Positions 29,121-39,134 of a DNA stretch of 64,000 nt are shown here, piece after piece (the stretch's first letter is position 1; each line of letters starts with the position of its first letter). The position numbers were made by a program, and so were the translations under genes. Source of the DNA: an uncultured delta proteobacterium (GTDB taxonomy: Bacteria > Myxococcota > Myxococcia > Myxococcales > Myxococcaceae); the NCBI GenBank assembly GCA_963796055.1, contig CAWCKH010000004.1, positions 864,001 through 928,000 of the forward strand, in the 5' to 3' direction. The notes beneath the pieces are model-generated. The model saw only the letters and a program-made list of their open reading frames with translations. It was not told the DNA's origin and made no database searches.

Positions 29121-29897
29121 TCACTCCAGCAGGGTGAGGGCGCCCATCACAGCGATCCCTGCGACGATCAGCGTGGTCTGGACCACCAGGGCCCGAAGGC
29201 TCCGGTCGTGCTGCAGCTCGGGGACGAGGTCGGCCGCCGCCAGGTAAACGAACCCTCCGGCGGTCACCGGGAGGAGGTACGCCGAGACGCTCTGGTGGGC
29301 CACCGTCCCGCTGACCAGGACCACCACCGCCCCCAGCAGCGCCGCGCCGGCGGAGGCGAGGTTGAGCAGGATGGCCTTCCGGACCGTCAGCCCGCTGTGG
29401 ACCAGAATGCCGAAGTCGGCGATCTCCTGCGGGATCTCGTGCAGCACCACCGCGACGGTGGTGGCGAGTCCGAGGCCGGGGCTGGCGAGGTAGCTCGCGG
29501 CGATCAGCGCGCCGTCGATGAAGTTGTGGATCGCGTCGCCGAGCAGGTTGACCGCGGCGAGCTCGGGCCTGACCGCGCGACCTGGCCCGGCGTGGAAGTG
29601 GGCGTGCAGCGGCCCGTGCTCGTGGCGGAGCAGCTTCTCCACCACGAAGAAGAGCAGCATCCCGCCCAGCACCAGCAACGAGCGCGCCAGCGTCGTAGGC
29701 GCCTGCCCGGGGTGCCCGAAGATCTCGGGGATCAGGTGAATGAAGGCATCACCGAGCAGCGCCCCCACCGCGAAGGCGATGAAGACCGTGGAGAGCCGAC
29801 GGAGGTGCTCCTCGTCGAGGGAAAGGGTCAGCACCCCCACCAGCGAGGCCAGGCTCACCAGCACGACGCTGCCCAGGCTGCCGAGGACGGGGTTCAC
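29121..29897 (-). CDS. ZIP-family metal transporter
   Basis: His-rich loop HEHGPLHAHFH, HNFIDG, LHEIPQEIADF. Confidence 0.92.
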   Translation of the reverse strand: MNPVLGSLGSVVLVSLASLVGVLTLSLDEEHLRRLSTVFIAFAVGALLGDAFIHLIPEIFGHPGQAPTTLARSLLVLGGMLLFFVVEKLLRHEHGPLHAHFHAGPGRAVRPELAAVNLLGDAIHNFIDGALIAASYLASPGLGLATTVAVVLHEIPQEIADFGILVHSGLTVRKAILLNLASAGAALLGAVVVLVSGTVAHQSVSAYLLPVTAGGFVYLAAADLVPELQHDRSLRALVVQTTLIVAGIAVMGALTLLE

Positions 29898-29908
29898 CGC
29901 CCGACCGT

Positions 29909-30796
29909 CTACCCCGGCGCGATCCGTCTCATCAGATTTTCCTGCGCGACGCTGGCCACCAGCCGCCCGCCCCGGTCGAAGAACTGTCCCCGCGACAGCC
30001 CCCGTCCGCCCTGGGCCGTCGGACTGTCCATCGCGTAGAGCAGCCAGTCGTCGAACCGGAAGGGACGATGGAGCCAGAGCGCGTGGTCGATGCTGGCCAC
30101 CGCGAGTCCCGGCGTCAGCCACGACACGCCGTGCGGAAGCAGCGCGGTGGAGAGCAGGCTGAAATCCGAGGCGTAGGCCAGAACGCAGGCGTGGAGGAGC
30201 GGCGAGTCGGGAAGCGTCCCGTTCGCCCGCACCCAGAAGGCCTGCCGCGGCGGCCGCACCGTGGGAAGCAGCGGGTTGCGCGGTTCCACCGGCCGGAACT
30301 CCACCGCCATGCGGCGCTCGAACGCCTCGCGGATGCGGGGTGGAACCTGGGGCACCGAGGAAAGCCACTCCCGGACCAGCTCGCTCTGCGGCCGCAGCGA
30401 CTCGGGGGCTGGCGCGTCGGGCATGGACGCCTGGTGCTCGAGGCCAGGCTCGGGCACCTGGAACGAGCAGATCATGCTCAGCAGCACCTCGCCGTGCTGG
30501 ATGGCCTGCACCCGCCGGGCGGTGAAGTGCTTGCCGTCCCGGACCCGGTCGACCTCGTAGACGATCGGGTGCGCCATGTCGCCCGGGCGCAGGAAGTAGG
30601 CGTGGAGCGAGTGCGGCCACCGGTCCTCGACCGTCCGGCTCGCCGCCACCAGCGCCTGACCGATGACCTGCCCCCCGAATACCGCCTTGCCGCCGAGGTC
30701 GCGCGATTGGCCGCGGAAGAGATTCACCTCCAGCGGCTCGAGGTCGAGCAGTCGAAGCAGATCGTCGAGCGCGGACCCTGAGTCGGACACGGCCAC
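29909..30796 (-). CDS. tesB: Acyl-CoA thioesterase II
   Basis: VFGGQVIGQAL, HSLHAYFLRPG, LAYASD, SIDHALWLH, ASVAQE. Confidence 0.95.
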   Translation of the reverse strand: MAVSDSGSALDDLLRLLDLEPLEVNLFRGQSRDLGGKAVFGGQVIGQALVAASRTVEDRWPHSLHAYFLRPGDMAHPIVYEVDRVRDGKHFTARRVQAIQHGEVLLSMICSFQVPEPGLEHQASMPDAPAPESLRPQSELVREWLSSVPQVPPRIREAFERRMAVEFRPVEPRNPLLPTVRPPRQAFWVRANGTLPDSPLLHACVLAYASDFSLLSTALLPHGVSWLTPGLAVASIDHALWLHRPFRFDDWLLYAMDSPTAQGGRGLSRGQFFDRGGRLVASVAQENLMRRIAPG

Positions 30797-30861
30797 CTCC
30801 GGCAGACGCCCACCTTAACCAATTGGCACGGGGGACGGCCGCGCGCCAGGCACCCGGTTCC

Positions 30862-31527
30862 TCACCGGGCCCGCCGGACCGGATGCCTCAGCACGGTCTT
30901 CAGCTTCGACGATGGCGTGCGGCGCGGGTCGGAGAGGTAGATCTCGTGGTGGTCGTAGACCGCGAGCAGCCCGCGCTTCGTCCGGTCATGCCGCTCGACC
31001 AGCCCCTGCGCCGCGGCGAACGCCCGCATCCGCTCCACGGTGACCGGCTCGGTGGAGTACGGGCCCAGGTGCAGCATCTGCACCGAGAGCCCTTCCTCGA
31101 AGCGCCGGAGAACGAGGTGCCCGAGGGCCGGTGAGGGCTTCTTCTCCCGGAGCTGCTCCAGCGCCTGCTCCAGCGCGTCCCGGGTGACCTGCTCGGGCTG
31201 GAGGATCATCGCCCGCCAGAGCCAGTTGCCGGGGCGGGCGAGGTCGAAGGCTCCCTTCTCGATCCACCAGATCGCCTCCAGCGGCATCACCGGCCAGTCC
31301 ACGGCGCCGGTCTTCCTCTTCTTGAACGAGAACTTCAGGGTGTACGCCGCGCCGTAGAGCGCCTGGACCGCGGCCTGGAAGGCCTTCGACGTCCCGGGTC
31401 TGGCACCTGGCTCGATGCGCCCGTCGATGGCGAGGAAGAGCAGCTCCGGGACCTCGACCAGCTCCGGCGAGCGGCTCGAGGCCCGGTAGAACGGCCGATA
31501 TCGTTTGCGCAGGTCGATGGTCTTCAT
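30862..31527 (-). CDS. GyrI-like small-molecule-binding domain protein
   Basis: YTLKF, VMPLEAIWW, VQMLHLGPYSTE, HHEIYLSDPRR. Confidence 0.85.
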   Translation of the reverse strand: MKTIDLRKRYRPFYRASSRSPELVEVPELLFLAIDGRIEPGARPGTSKAFQAAVQALYGAAYTLKFSFKKRKTGAVDWPVMPLEAIWWIEKGAFDLARPGNWLWRAMILQPEQVTRDALEQALEQLREKKPSPALGHLVLRRFEEGLSVQMLHLGPYSTEPVTVERMRAFAAAQGLVERHDRTKRGLLAVYDHHEIYLSDPRRTPSSKLKTVLRHPVRRAR

Positions 31528-31537
31528 CGAGCCGATC

Positions 31538-32017
31538 TCACACCCGGAGCTCGAGGTAGACCGCCGGCCCCGAGCCCGGGCCGAAGCCACAGGCCTCGTA
31601 GAACTGCACCGCTCCGGGGTTGTCGGCGAGAACCCACGCGGTGACGATGCCGTTGGCGCGCATCCAGGCGGTCATCGCCGAGGCCAGCTGACGCCCGACG
31701 CCGCGTTGGCGCCAGGTGCTCCGGACGCCAATCTCGTAGAGCAACAGCTCCCGGGCGGGCTCCTTGCGCATCGGGAGCACGTGGCAGAAGAGCGAACCCA
31801 CCACCGCTCCGCCGACCCAGGCGGTCCAGTGCAGGACGTGCGGATCGGCGAGGTACGCCTCGGCCGCCCCGGTGCTCAGAGGCGTGCGCGGGCCTCGCCC
31901 GGCGTCGAGATCGAAGTCGGCGTCGTCCCGGGCGAGCAGCGCGAGGACGTGCGCGTCCCCCGGACCGAGGCGGCGGATGACCACCGCCGGTCCGGGGCGT
32001 GGTGTGGCACCACGCAC
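31538..32017 (-). CDS. GNAT-family N-acetyltransferase
   Basis: YEIGVRSTWRQRGVG, NPGAVQFYEACGF. Confidence 0.85.
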   Translation of the reverse strand: MRGATPRPGPAVVIRRLGPGDAHVLALLARDDADFDLDAGRGPRTPLSTGAAEAYLADPHVLHWTAWVGGAVVGSLFCHVLPMRKEPARELLLYEIGVRSTWRQRGVGRQLASAMTAWMRANGIVTAWVLADNPGAVQFYEACGFGPGSGPAVYLELRV

Positions 32018-32021
32018 GGGA

Positions 32022-32477
<456 letters not shown>

Positions 32478-32566
32478 GTTGATGAGACCTCCGTTCGAGA
32501 ACCGGACCGTTGCGGCCCGGTTGCTGAGGGACTTCTCTAGCAGGTCTACCTGACAGGAGGTGGTCG

Positions 32567-33334
32567 GTGGCGCGCCCCACGTACGCCCTCTATTACTGGC
32601 CGGGAATCCAGGGGCGAGGCGAGTTCGTCCGGCTGGCCCTCGAGGAGGCCGGCGCCCACTACGTGGACGTGGTGACTCTGCCGCCCGGCAAGGGCGGAGG
32701 GGTGGAGGCCATTCTCCGTGTGCTCCGGGGCGAGCTCGGCCCGCGCATTCCGTTCGCTCCGCCGGTGCTCCGCGCGGGCAAGGTGGTGGTGGCGCAGACC
32801 GCGGCCATCCTCCATTTTCTGGGGCCGCGACTGAAGCTGGTTCCGCACGACCCGGCGCTCCAGCTCCGGGCGCTCCAGCTGCAGCTCACCATCGCGGATC
32901 TCGTGGCCGAGGCCCACGACACCCACCATCCCATCTCGGTGGACCTCACCTACGAGGAGCAGCGGGTCGAGGCTGCGCGCGCCGCCGCGCACTTCACCAC
33001 CAGTCGCCTGCCGAAGTTCCTGGGTTACTTCGAGCGGGGGATCGAGCTCGCCGGTGGCCCGTACGCCCTGGGGCGGCGCTTCAGCTACGTCGACCTCTCG
33101 CTCTTCCAGGTGGTCGAGGCGCTTCGCTACGCCTTTCCGCTCACCATGGAGTCGCTCGCCCGGCGGCTCCGGCGGCTCACCGCGCTGGCCGAGCGGGTAC
33201 GCCAGCGCCCGCGCATCGCCGCCTACCTGGCATCGCCGCGGCGGCCGCCGTTCAGCGACGAGGACGTCTTCCGCCACTACGCCGAGCTCGAGGCGCCCGC
33301 CCTGGTCCGCCGCCGCTCCCGCGCGCGTCGCTAA
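32567..33334 (+). CDS. Glutathione S-transferase
   Basis: [46 protein letters not shown]. Confidence 0.9.
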   Translation: MARPTYALYYWPGIQGRGEFVRLALEEAGAHYVDVVTLPPGKGGGVEAILRVLRGELGPRIPFAPPVLRAGKVVVAQTAAILHFLGPRLKLVPHDPALQLRALQLQLTIADLVAEAHDTHHPISVDLTYEEQRVEAARAAAHFTTSRLPKFLGYFERGIELAGGPYALGRRFSYVDLSLFQVVEALRYAFPLTMESLARRLRRLTALAERVRQRPRIAAYLASPRRPPFSDEDVFRHYAELEAPALVRRRSRARR

Positions 33335-33336
33335 CT

Positions 33337-33508
33337 TAGCTAACTGCGGCCGCCCTGATCTCGCCGACTGCAGCCCGCCTGACGACACCCTGACCCGGAC
33401 CTCGACTGCGGCCGCCCTGACCTAGCTAACTGCGGCCGCCCTGATCTCGCCGACTGCAGCCCGCCTGACGACACCCTGACCCGGACCTCGACTGCGGCCG
33501 CCCTGACC
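33337..33508. repeat. Exact 86-bp tandem duplication
   Basis: Copies at 33337-33422 and 33423-33508; inner 16-mer ACTGCGGCCGCCCTGA occurs four times. Confidence 0.93.
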
Positions 33509-34353
33509 TACCCCTTCACCGCCCCCACGGTGAAGCCGGCGATGAAGCGGTCCACGAAGAGGTTGTAGAGGATGGCGATGGGAACCGAGGACAGGAAGCA
33601 GGCGCCCATCAGCGAGCCCCAGAAGTACACGTCGCCGCGGACCAGGAAGGTGGGCACCCCCACGCTGAGGGTGAGCCGGCTGCTGCTGGTGATGAAGGTC
33701 AGCCCGTAGACGAACTCCTGCATCACCAGGGTGAAGCTGAAGATGACGGTGGTGAGCAGGCCGGCCACCGACATGGGGAGGATGACCCGGAGGAAGGCCC
33801 CGAAGCGCGAGTGGCCGTCGATCATCGCCGCCTCCTCGACGTCCTTGGGGATGACCTTGAAGAATCCCATCAGCAGCCAGGTGCAGAAGGGGACGGTGAA
33901 GCTCGGGTACACCAGCACCAGCGCCCAGAGCGAGTCCTGGAGCCCCAGCGAGCCCACCAGCCGCGACAGGGGGATGAAGAGGATGGTGGGGGGCACCAGG
34001 TAGGTGAGAAAGATGCCGATGCCCAGCCGCTCCCCCGCGGCGCCGGTGAGCCGGGCGAGGCTGTAGCCCGCCGGCACCGCGAGCACCAGGGTGATCAGCA
34101 CCACCAGCACCCCCACGAAGAGCGTGTTCGCCACCCAGTGCAAAAAGAGCGTGTCCTGAAACAGCACTCTGAGATGTTCGAGGGTTGGCGGCGCGTTGTA
34201 CACGAAGGGGTTGTGCGCCGGGTCGAGCAGATCCCGGGTCTGCTTGAACATGGTGATGAGCATCCAGGCGAACGGGAAGGCGGCGAACCCGGTGAACGCC
34301 GCGATCACCCCGAAGTTCACCACCCCGCCGGCGATCTTCTTCGGGTCCGCCAT
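33508..34353 (-). CDS. Carbohydrate ABC transporter permease
   Basis: IPKDVEEAAMIDG EAA motif, multiple TM helices. Confidence 0.93.
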   Translation of the reverse strand: MADPKKIAGGVVNFGVIAAFTGFAAFPFAWMLITMFKQTRDLLDPAHNPFVYNAPPTLEHLRVLFQDTLFLHWVANTLFVGVLVVLITLVLAVPAGYSLARLTGAAGERLGIGIFLTYLVPPTILFIPLSRLVGSLGLQDSLWALVLVYPSFTVPFCTWLLMGFFKVIPKDVEEAAMIDGHSRFGAFLRVILPMSVAGLLTTVIFSFTLVMQEFVYGLTFITSSSRLTLSVGVPTFLVRGDVYFWGSLMGACFLSSVPIAILYNLFVDRFIAGFTVGAVKG

Positions 34354-35282
34354 CACACCACCTCGCTGCGCCGGGCGAGCCGGAGCAGCAGCACCGCGCA
34401 CACCGCCAATACGGGCAGCAGGAACAGCGCCACCGCCGCGCCCCCCGAGAGGTCGCCTCCGTCGATGCTCTTGAAGAAGGCCAGACTGGCCAGCACCTGG
34501 GTGCTGTCGAAGGGCCCGCCACGGGTGAGCACGTACACCACGATCATGTCGGTGATGCTGAAGACCAGGCCGAACAGCACCGCCACCAGGAGGATGGGCA
34601 GCACCAGCGGGAGGGTGATGATGAAGAGGTGCCGGAAGAAGCCGGCGCCGTCGACCTCGGCCGCGTCGTGGATGTCCTGGGGAATGGATGACAGCCCGCC
34701 GAGAGAGATGACGGTGGCCAGGGGCATCGTCCGCCACACGTGCACGCCGATGATCGACGCCATCGCCAGCTTCGGCTGTCCGAGCCAGATGGGCCAGGTG
34801 TCCGGCCCGAAGACGCCCACGTGCCGCAGCGTCCAGTTGATGACGCTGTAGACCGGGTCGAAGATCCACAGCCACCCGATGCTCCCCAGCGAGATGGGAG
34901 CCACCCAGGGGAGCAGGATGAGCAGGCGCACCAGCCACTTCCCGCGGAAGTTCCGCTGGAGCGCGACGGCCAGAATGCTCGCCAGGACGATGACCAGCGT
35001 CTGGGATCCCAGCGAGAAGACGAAGGTGTTGCCCAGCGCCCTGAGGAAAGCTGGATCGTGAAGCGCGTTCCGGAAGTTCTCCAGGCCCACGAAGTGGGCT
35101 TGCGAGGTGCCGACGGTGACGCTCGAGAAGCTGTAGCCGACGGCCAGCAGGAACGGCACAGCCACCACCAGGCCGATGTAGAGCACCGCCGGGGCGAGCA
35201 TCACCCTTCCGAGCCAGGTGGGGTCGTCGGCCACGCCCATGGACCGAGGCGCGGGGGCGGCGACGGCGGCGGGCGCCGTCAC
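34353..35282 (-). CDS. Carbohydrate ABC transporter permease
   Basis: FVGLENF, IPQDIHDAAEVDGA. Confidence 0.93.
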   Translation of the reverse strand: MTAPAAVAAPAPRSMGVADDPTWLGRVMLAPAVLYIGLVVAVPFLLAVGYSFSSVTVGTSQAHFVGLENFRNALHDPAFLRALGNTFVFSLGSQTLVIVLASILAVALQRNFRGKWLVRLLILLPWVAPISLGSIGWLWIFDPVYSVINWTLRHVGVFGPDTWPIWLGQPKLAMASIIGVHVWRTMPLATVISLGGLSSIPQDIHDAAEVDGAGFFRHLFIITLPLVLPILLVAVLFGLVFSITDMIVVYVLTRGGPFDSTQVLASLAFFKSIDGGDLSGGAAVALFLLPVLAVCAVLLLRLARRSEVV

Positions 35283-36331
35283 GCCGACCTCCGGAGCGGC
35301 CGCGATGGAATGCGCAGGCCGGTCACCGGGTCGAAGAACTTGAGGCTCGACTCGTTGATCCGGAAGTCGTAGGTGCGCCCTGCCTCGACGGGCGAGTGGA
35401 CCGTGTAGGCGAGGCTGACGATGATCTTCTCCCCGGGCGCGTGGTCTGGCAACGTGCCGTAGAGGAGCCGGCCCGCGCCGAGGTTCTCCACCCGCCCCAC
35501 GGCAAACCGCATCGGGACCGTCGGGCCGTCGCCCTCGGTGGCCATCGCGGCGGAAGGCAGGAGCTGCTCGGGGCGGAAACCGACCAGCGACCCTTCGATC
35601 GGCACCAGATTCATCGGCGGGCTACCGAGGAAGCCGGCGACGAAGGTGTCCGCCGGCTCGTCATAGACCTCCTGGGGCTTGCCCAGCTGACGCACCTTGC
35701 CCGCGCTCATCACCGCGATGCGGTCGCCGAGCCCCATCGCCTCCACTTGATCGTGGGTGACGTAGATGGTGGTTGTTCCCAGCCGGCGCTGGAACTGCTT
35801 CAGCTCGTCGCGGGCCAGATTCCGCAGCTTGGCATCGAGGTTCGACAGCGGCTCATCGAGCAGGAAGACGTCTGGGTGCCTCACCATCGCCCGGGCCAGG
35901 GCCACCCGCTGCCGTTCCCCGCCGGAAAGCTGGCGGGGCTTCCTCTGGAGCAGCCGCTCGATGCCGAACATCTTCGCCGCCCGCTGGACCTCGCCGGTGA
36001 TGCTCTCCCGGGGCGCGCCCTGCGCCTTCAGCGGAAAGGCGATGTTGCTGGCGACTGACAGATGCGGGTAGAGCGCGTAGCTCTGGAAGACCATGGCGAT
36101 CTTCCTCGCGCGCGGGGGCAGCTCGTTCACCACCCGGCTGCCGATCAGGACATCGCCGGACGTCTGCTGCTCCAGGCCGGCGATCATCCGCAGGAGGGTG
36201 GTCTTCCCGCACCCCGAGGGTCCGAGGAGAACCAAGAACTCCCCCTCGTGGATGGTGAGGTCCACCCCGTCCACGGCCATGGTGTGACCGGTGAACTCCT
36301 TGCGAAGCGATTTGGTCTCGACAGTGGCCAT
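35279..36331 (-). CDS. Carbohydrate ABC transporter ATP-binding protein (MalK/UgpC-like)
   Basis: GPSGCGKTT, VFQSYALYPH, LSGGERQR, DEPLSNLD. Confidence 0.95.
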   Translation of the reverse strand: MATVETKSLRKEFTGHTMAVDGVDLTIHEGEFLVLLGPSGCGKTTLLRMIAGLEQQTSGDVLIGSRVVNELPPRARKIAMVFQSYALYPHLSVASNIAFPLKAQGAPRESITGEVQRAAKMFGIERLLQRKPRQLSGGERQRVALARAMVRHPDVFLLDEPLSNLDAKLRNLARDELKQFQRRLGTTTIYVTHDQVEAMGLGDRIAVMSAGKVRQLGKPQEVYDEPADTFVAGFLGSPPMNLVPIEGSLVGFRPEQLLPSAAMATEGDGPTVPMRFAVGRVENLGAGRLLYGTLPDHAPGEKIIVSLAYTVHSPVEAGRTYDFRINESSLKFFDPVTGLRIPSRPLRRSA

Positions 36332-36373
36332 CGGCCCTCGAACGGCGATGACTGGATCGCTTGCCAGGCGCGC

Positions 36374-37696
36374 CTAGATCAGCTTTCGCTCCTGCCACTT
36401 CTCCCAGATGGCCTTGCACTTCTGCTCGGCCTCCTTCACCGCGGCCTCAGGGGTGAGGTCTCCGGTTGCGGCCTTGGCGAACATCGTGTTCAGGACCCAG
36501 GTGCTGAACACGTCGTCGATTGCCGCGGTGGCGTAACCGGGGTAGCCGACGTTCGTCGCCCAGTCCAGGACGTCGGTCAGCACCGCGTACTTGTCCGGTG
36601 GGTGGCCCTTGGAGTCCTTGGCGATCTGCTGCTTGAGGTCCGGGACCCGGCTCGGCCAGCAGGGGAAGTTGTAGAACTCGCTGGCCTTGAACGCGTCGTT
36701 GAAGTTGCCCACGTAGTCGACCAGGAACTTCTTCGCCCCGGCGATGTTCTCGGCGAACTTCCAGATCACGTAGACGCTCATCACATGCTCGAGGCCAATC
36801 CGGCGCACCGGGCCCTTCGCGGCCTTGGCAATCGAGATCTTGTCCCCGATCGGCATCTTGTCGTTCTCGGCGGTGCGGGTGACCGAGATGGCGTTGAGAA
36901 CGAGCGAGACCTTGCCGGCGAGCATCGCCCGGTTGTTCGAGGATGGGTCCCAGGCCAGCACCTCGGGGGTCATGGCCTCGGTATAGAGGGCCTTGACGTA
37001 CTTCACCGCCTCCAGCGTGTTCTTGGAGTTGAGGACCAGCTTGCCCCCCGCGTCCTGCACCGAGCCGCCGAAGGCGTAGAGGCAGGCCCGCATCGCCATG
37101 GCGGTGTCGAGCTCGGCGGAAAGGCCGATGCCCACCGGGATGCCCGTCTTCTGCTTGATCTTCGCCCCACCGACGCGGATGTCGTCCCAGCTGTCGGGCT
37201 TCATCCCGATCTCGCCCCAGAGGTCGGTCCGGTAGTTGACCGGATCGGGGACGTAGCTGTCGGAGAAGCCGTGGTACTTCTTGGTCTTGGGGTTGTACGT
37301 GCTCTTGATCGCCAGATCGATCGGCTTTCCGTACTTCTTCTCGCATTCCTCGTAGATCTCCCGGTGGTCGATGACGTCGTTCTCGTAGACCGGGCGCGGC
37401 GAGAGGAACATGTAGAGGTCGTGCCCCTTCTTGGCCGAGACCTCCGAGGCGGCGGTGGGGTTCAGCGCCGGGATGCCGACGTTGTCCACCGTGATCTCGG
37501 TGTTGTTCTTCTCACCCCACTGCTTGATGTACGTGCCGTTGAACCACTTGTCGTAGGCGGGGACGAAGTGGTTCCACTGCAGGATCCTCAGCTTCTTCGC
37601 TCCGCCCTGCGCGTAGACCGTGCGGTGAGCTCCTAGTGCCGCCCCCACGGTGGCCGTTCCCGCAACTTGAAGCAGCCTTCGTCTGGAGATTCCCAT
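36374..37696 (-). CDS. Tat-exported ABC substrate-binding protein (CUT1-type)
   Basis: MGISRRRLL twin-arginine signal; first gene of the ABC operon. Confidence 0.88.
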   Translation of the reverse strand: MGISRRRLLQVAGTATVGAALGAHRTVYAQGGAKKLRILQWNHFVPAYDKWFNGTYIKQWGEKNNTEITVDNVGIPALNPTAASEVSAKKGHDLYMFLSPRPVYENDVIDHREIYEECEKKYGKPIDLAIKSTYNPKTKKYHGFSDSYVPDPVNYRTDLWGEIGMKPDSWDDIRVGGAKIKQKTGIPVGIGLSAELDTAMAMRACLYAFGGSVQDAGGKLVLNSKNTLEAVKYVKALYTEAMTPEVLAWDPSSNNRAMLAGKVSLVLNAISVTRTAENDKMPIGDKISIAKAAKGPVRRIGLEHVMSVYVIWKFAENIAGAKKFLVDYVGNFNDAFKASEFYNFPCWPSRVPDLKQQIAKDSKGHPPDKYAVLTDVLDWATNVGYPGYATAAIDDVFSTWVLNTMFAKAATGDLTPEAAVKEAEQKCKAIWEKWQERKLI

Positions 37697-37863
37697 GTGC
37701 TCGCTCCTTGCCGGGACCGGCGCATCCCGTCGGTCTCTCGTCCTGTGAAAGGGAGGGCAGCCTAGCGGGGCCGCGCGCAACGCGGTGCGGCATTATTGCT
37801 TGCGGTCCCATCAACCGTTGACCGGGCGCAACGCGGGGGGCGCTCGGGCATCCGAACGGGCCC

Positions 37864-38316
37864 ATGATCCACGAAGGGCAGGCTGCGCCGCCGTTCACCC
37901 TGAAGGATTTCTCGGGGCGCCCATGGTCGCTCGATGCCCTGCGGGCGAGCGGTCCGGTGGTGCTCTTCTTCTACCCGCGGGACGAATCACCCATCTGCAC
38001 CCGCGAGGTCTGTGCCTTCCGGGACGCGCACCAGGACTTCGCCGAGGCCGGGGCCACGGTGGTGGGCATCAGCTCCGACGGCGAGGCGGCGCACGAGGCC
38101 TTCGCCCGGAAGCAGCGGCTGAACTACGTGCTGCTGAGCGATCCGGACGGCGCGGTGCGCAAGGCGTACGGTATCCCCAGGACCCTCGGGGTGCTCGACG
38201 GCCGGGCGACGTTCGTGGTCGACCCGGCGGGCACGGTGCGGATGGCGTACGCGGCGCAGCTGGTGGCCGAGGGGCACACCCGGCGGGCCCTGGAGGTCGT
38301 CCGGGCCCTGGCCTGA
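37864..38316 (+). CDS. bcp: Peroxiredoxin (BCP/PrxQ family)
   Basis: FFYPRDESPICTREVCAFRD, GISSD, LLSD, RATFVVD. Confidence 0.9.
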   Translation: MIHEGQAAPPFTLKDFSGRPWSLDALRASGPVVLFFYPRDESPICTREVCAFRDAHQDFAEAGATVVGISSDGEAAHEAFARKQRLNYVLLSDPDGAVRKAYGIPRTLGVLDGRATFVVDPAGTVRMAYAAQLVAEGHTRRALEVVRALA

Positions 38317-38369
38317 ACCGGTCACCGTCTGTGGCAGACTCGCCCGCCTTTGTCGGGGGAGGTCTGCCG

Positions 38370-39134
38370 ATGCACAGGACGCTGGCCCTGGTGGTGGGAC
38401 TGGGCATGTGCTGGGCCAGGGGGGCGAAGGCCGAACCGCCCCCGCTCACCGCCGAGCAGATCGTCGCCCGGCACGTCGAGGCCCGCGGGGGCCTGGAGCG
38501 CCTTCACGCGCTGAAGAGCCTCCGCCGCACCGGGCACGCGGTCGAGCCCGGGGTGAAGGTGGAGATCGCGGTCATCGAGCTGCGCGCCCGCCCCGCCCGG
38601 CTCCGGGTGGAGTACGTGATGCACGGCCTGGTCACCATCGACGCCTTCGACGGGCAGGTGGCCTGGAAGGTCCGGCCCTTCTTCGGGCGGAAGGACCCCG
38701 AGCGCACCTCGGCGGACGAGGCGAAGGCGCTCCGGCTCAACGCGGACATCGAGGGCCCGCTGGTCGAGCCGCGGGCGAAGGGCCACACCGTGGCGCTCCT
38801 CGGCACCGAGGAGCTCGATGGAACGCCCTGCTACAAGCTCCGGGTCGATCTGAAGTGGGGCGACCGGCTCATCAGCTACGTCGACCCCGACACCTTCATG
38901 ATCCTCCGCGAGATCCAGCGCACCGTGATCCGCGGCGCCGAGCAGTTCACCGAGGTGGACTACGGCGACTACGAGAAGGTCGCCGGGGTGTACGTCCCGA
39001 TGCTCGAGGAGTCCGGCCCCCGTTCCTCGCCCTCGGGCGAGAAGAGCAAGGTGGTGTACGACCGCGCCGAGGCGAACGTCCCCGTGGACGACGCGGTGTT
39101 CGCCTTCCCCGCCGCGGCGAGGGCCTCGCGATGA
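38370..39134 (+). CDS. Secreted protein with a LolA-like / lipoprotein-sorting fold
   Basis: Signal peptide; TAEQIVARHVEARGG, YVDPDTF, YGDYEKVAG, NVPVDDAVFAFP; GGAGG RBS. Confidence 0.7.
   Translation: MHRTLALVVGLGMCWARGAKAEPPPLTAEQIVARHVEARGGLERLHALKSLRRTGHAVEPGVKVEIAVIELRARPARLRVEYVMHGLVTIDAFDGQVAWKVRPFFGRKDPERTSADEAKALRLNADIEGPLVEPRAKGHTVALLGTEELDGTPCYKLRVDLKWGDRLISYVDPDTFMILREIQRTVIRGAEQFTEVDYGDYEKVAGVYVPMLEESGPRSSPSGEKSKVVYDRAEANVPVDDAVFAFPAAARASR

Noticed and set aside
30824..30840. Sigma54 promoter TGGCACGGGGGACGGC
   Set aside because: GG-to-GC spacing is 11, not 10, and it points antisense to the flanking genes
33337..33508. Possible mini CRISPR array
   Set aside because: The intervening sequences are identical or only 8 bp long, the unit is a simple tandem duplication, and no cas genes are present
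37864..38316. Selenoprotein candidate (peroxiredoxin)
   Set aside because: Active-site residues are ordinary Cys codons; I noticed no in-frame TGA at a redox motif in the window
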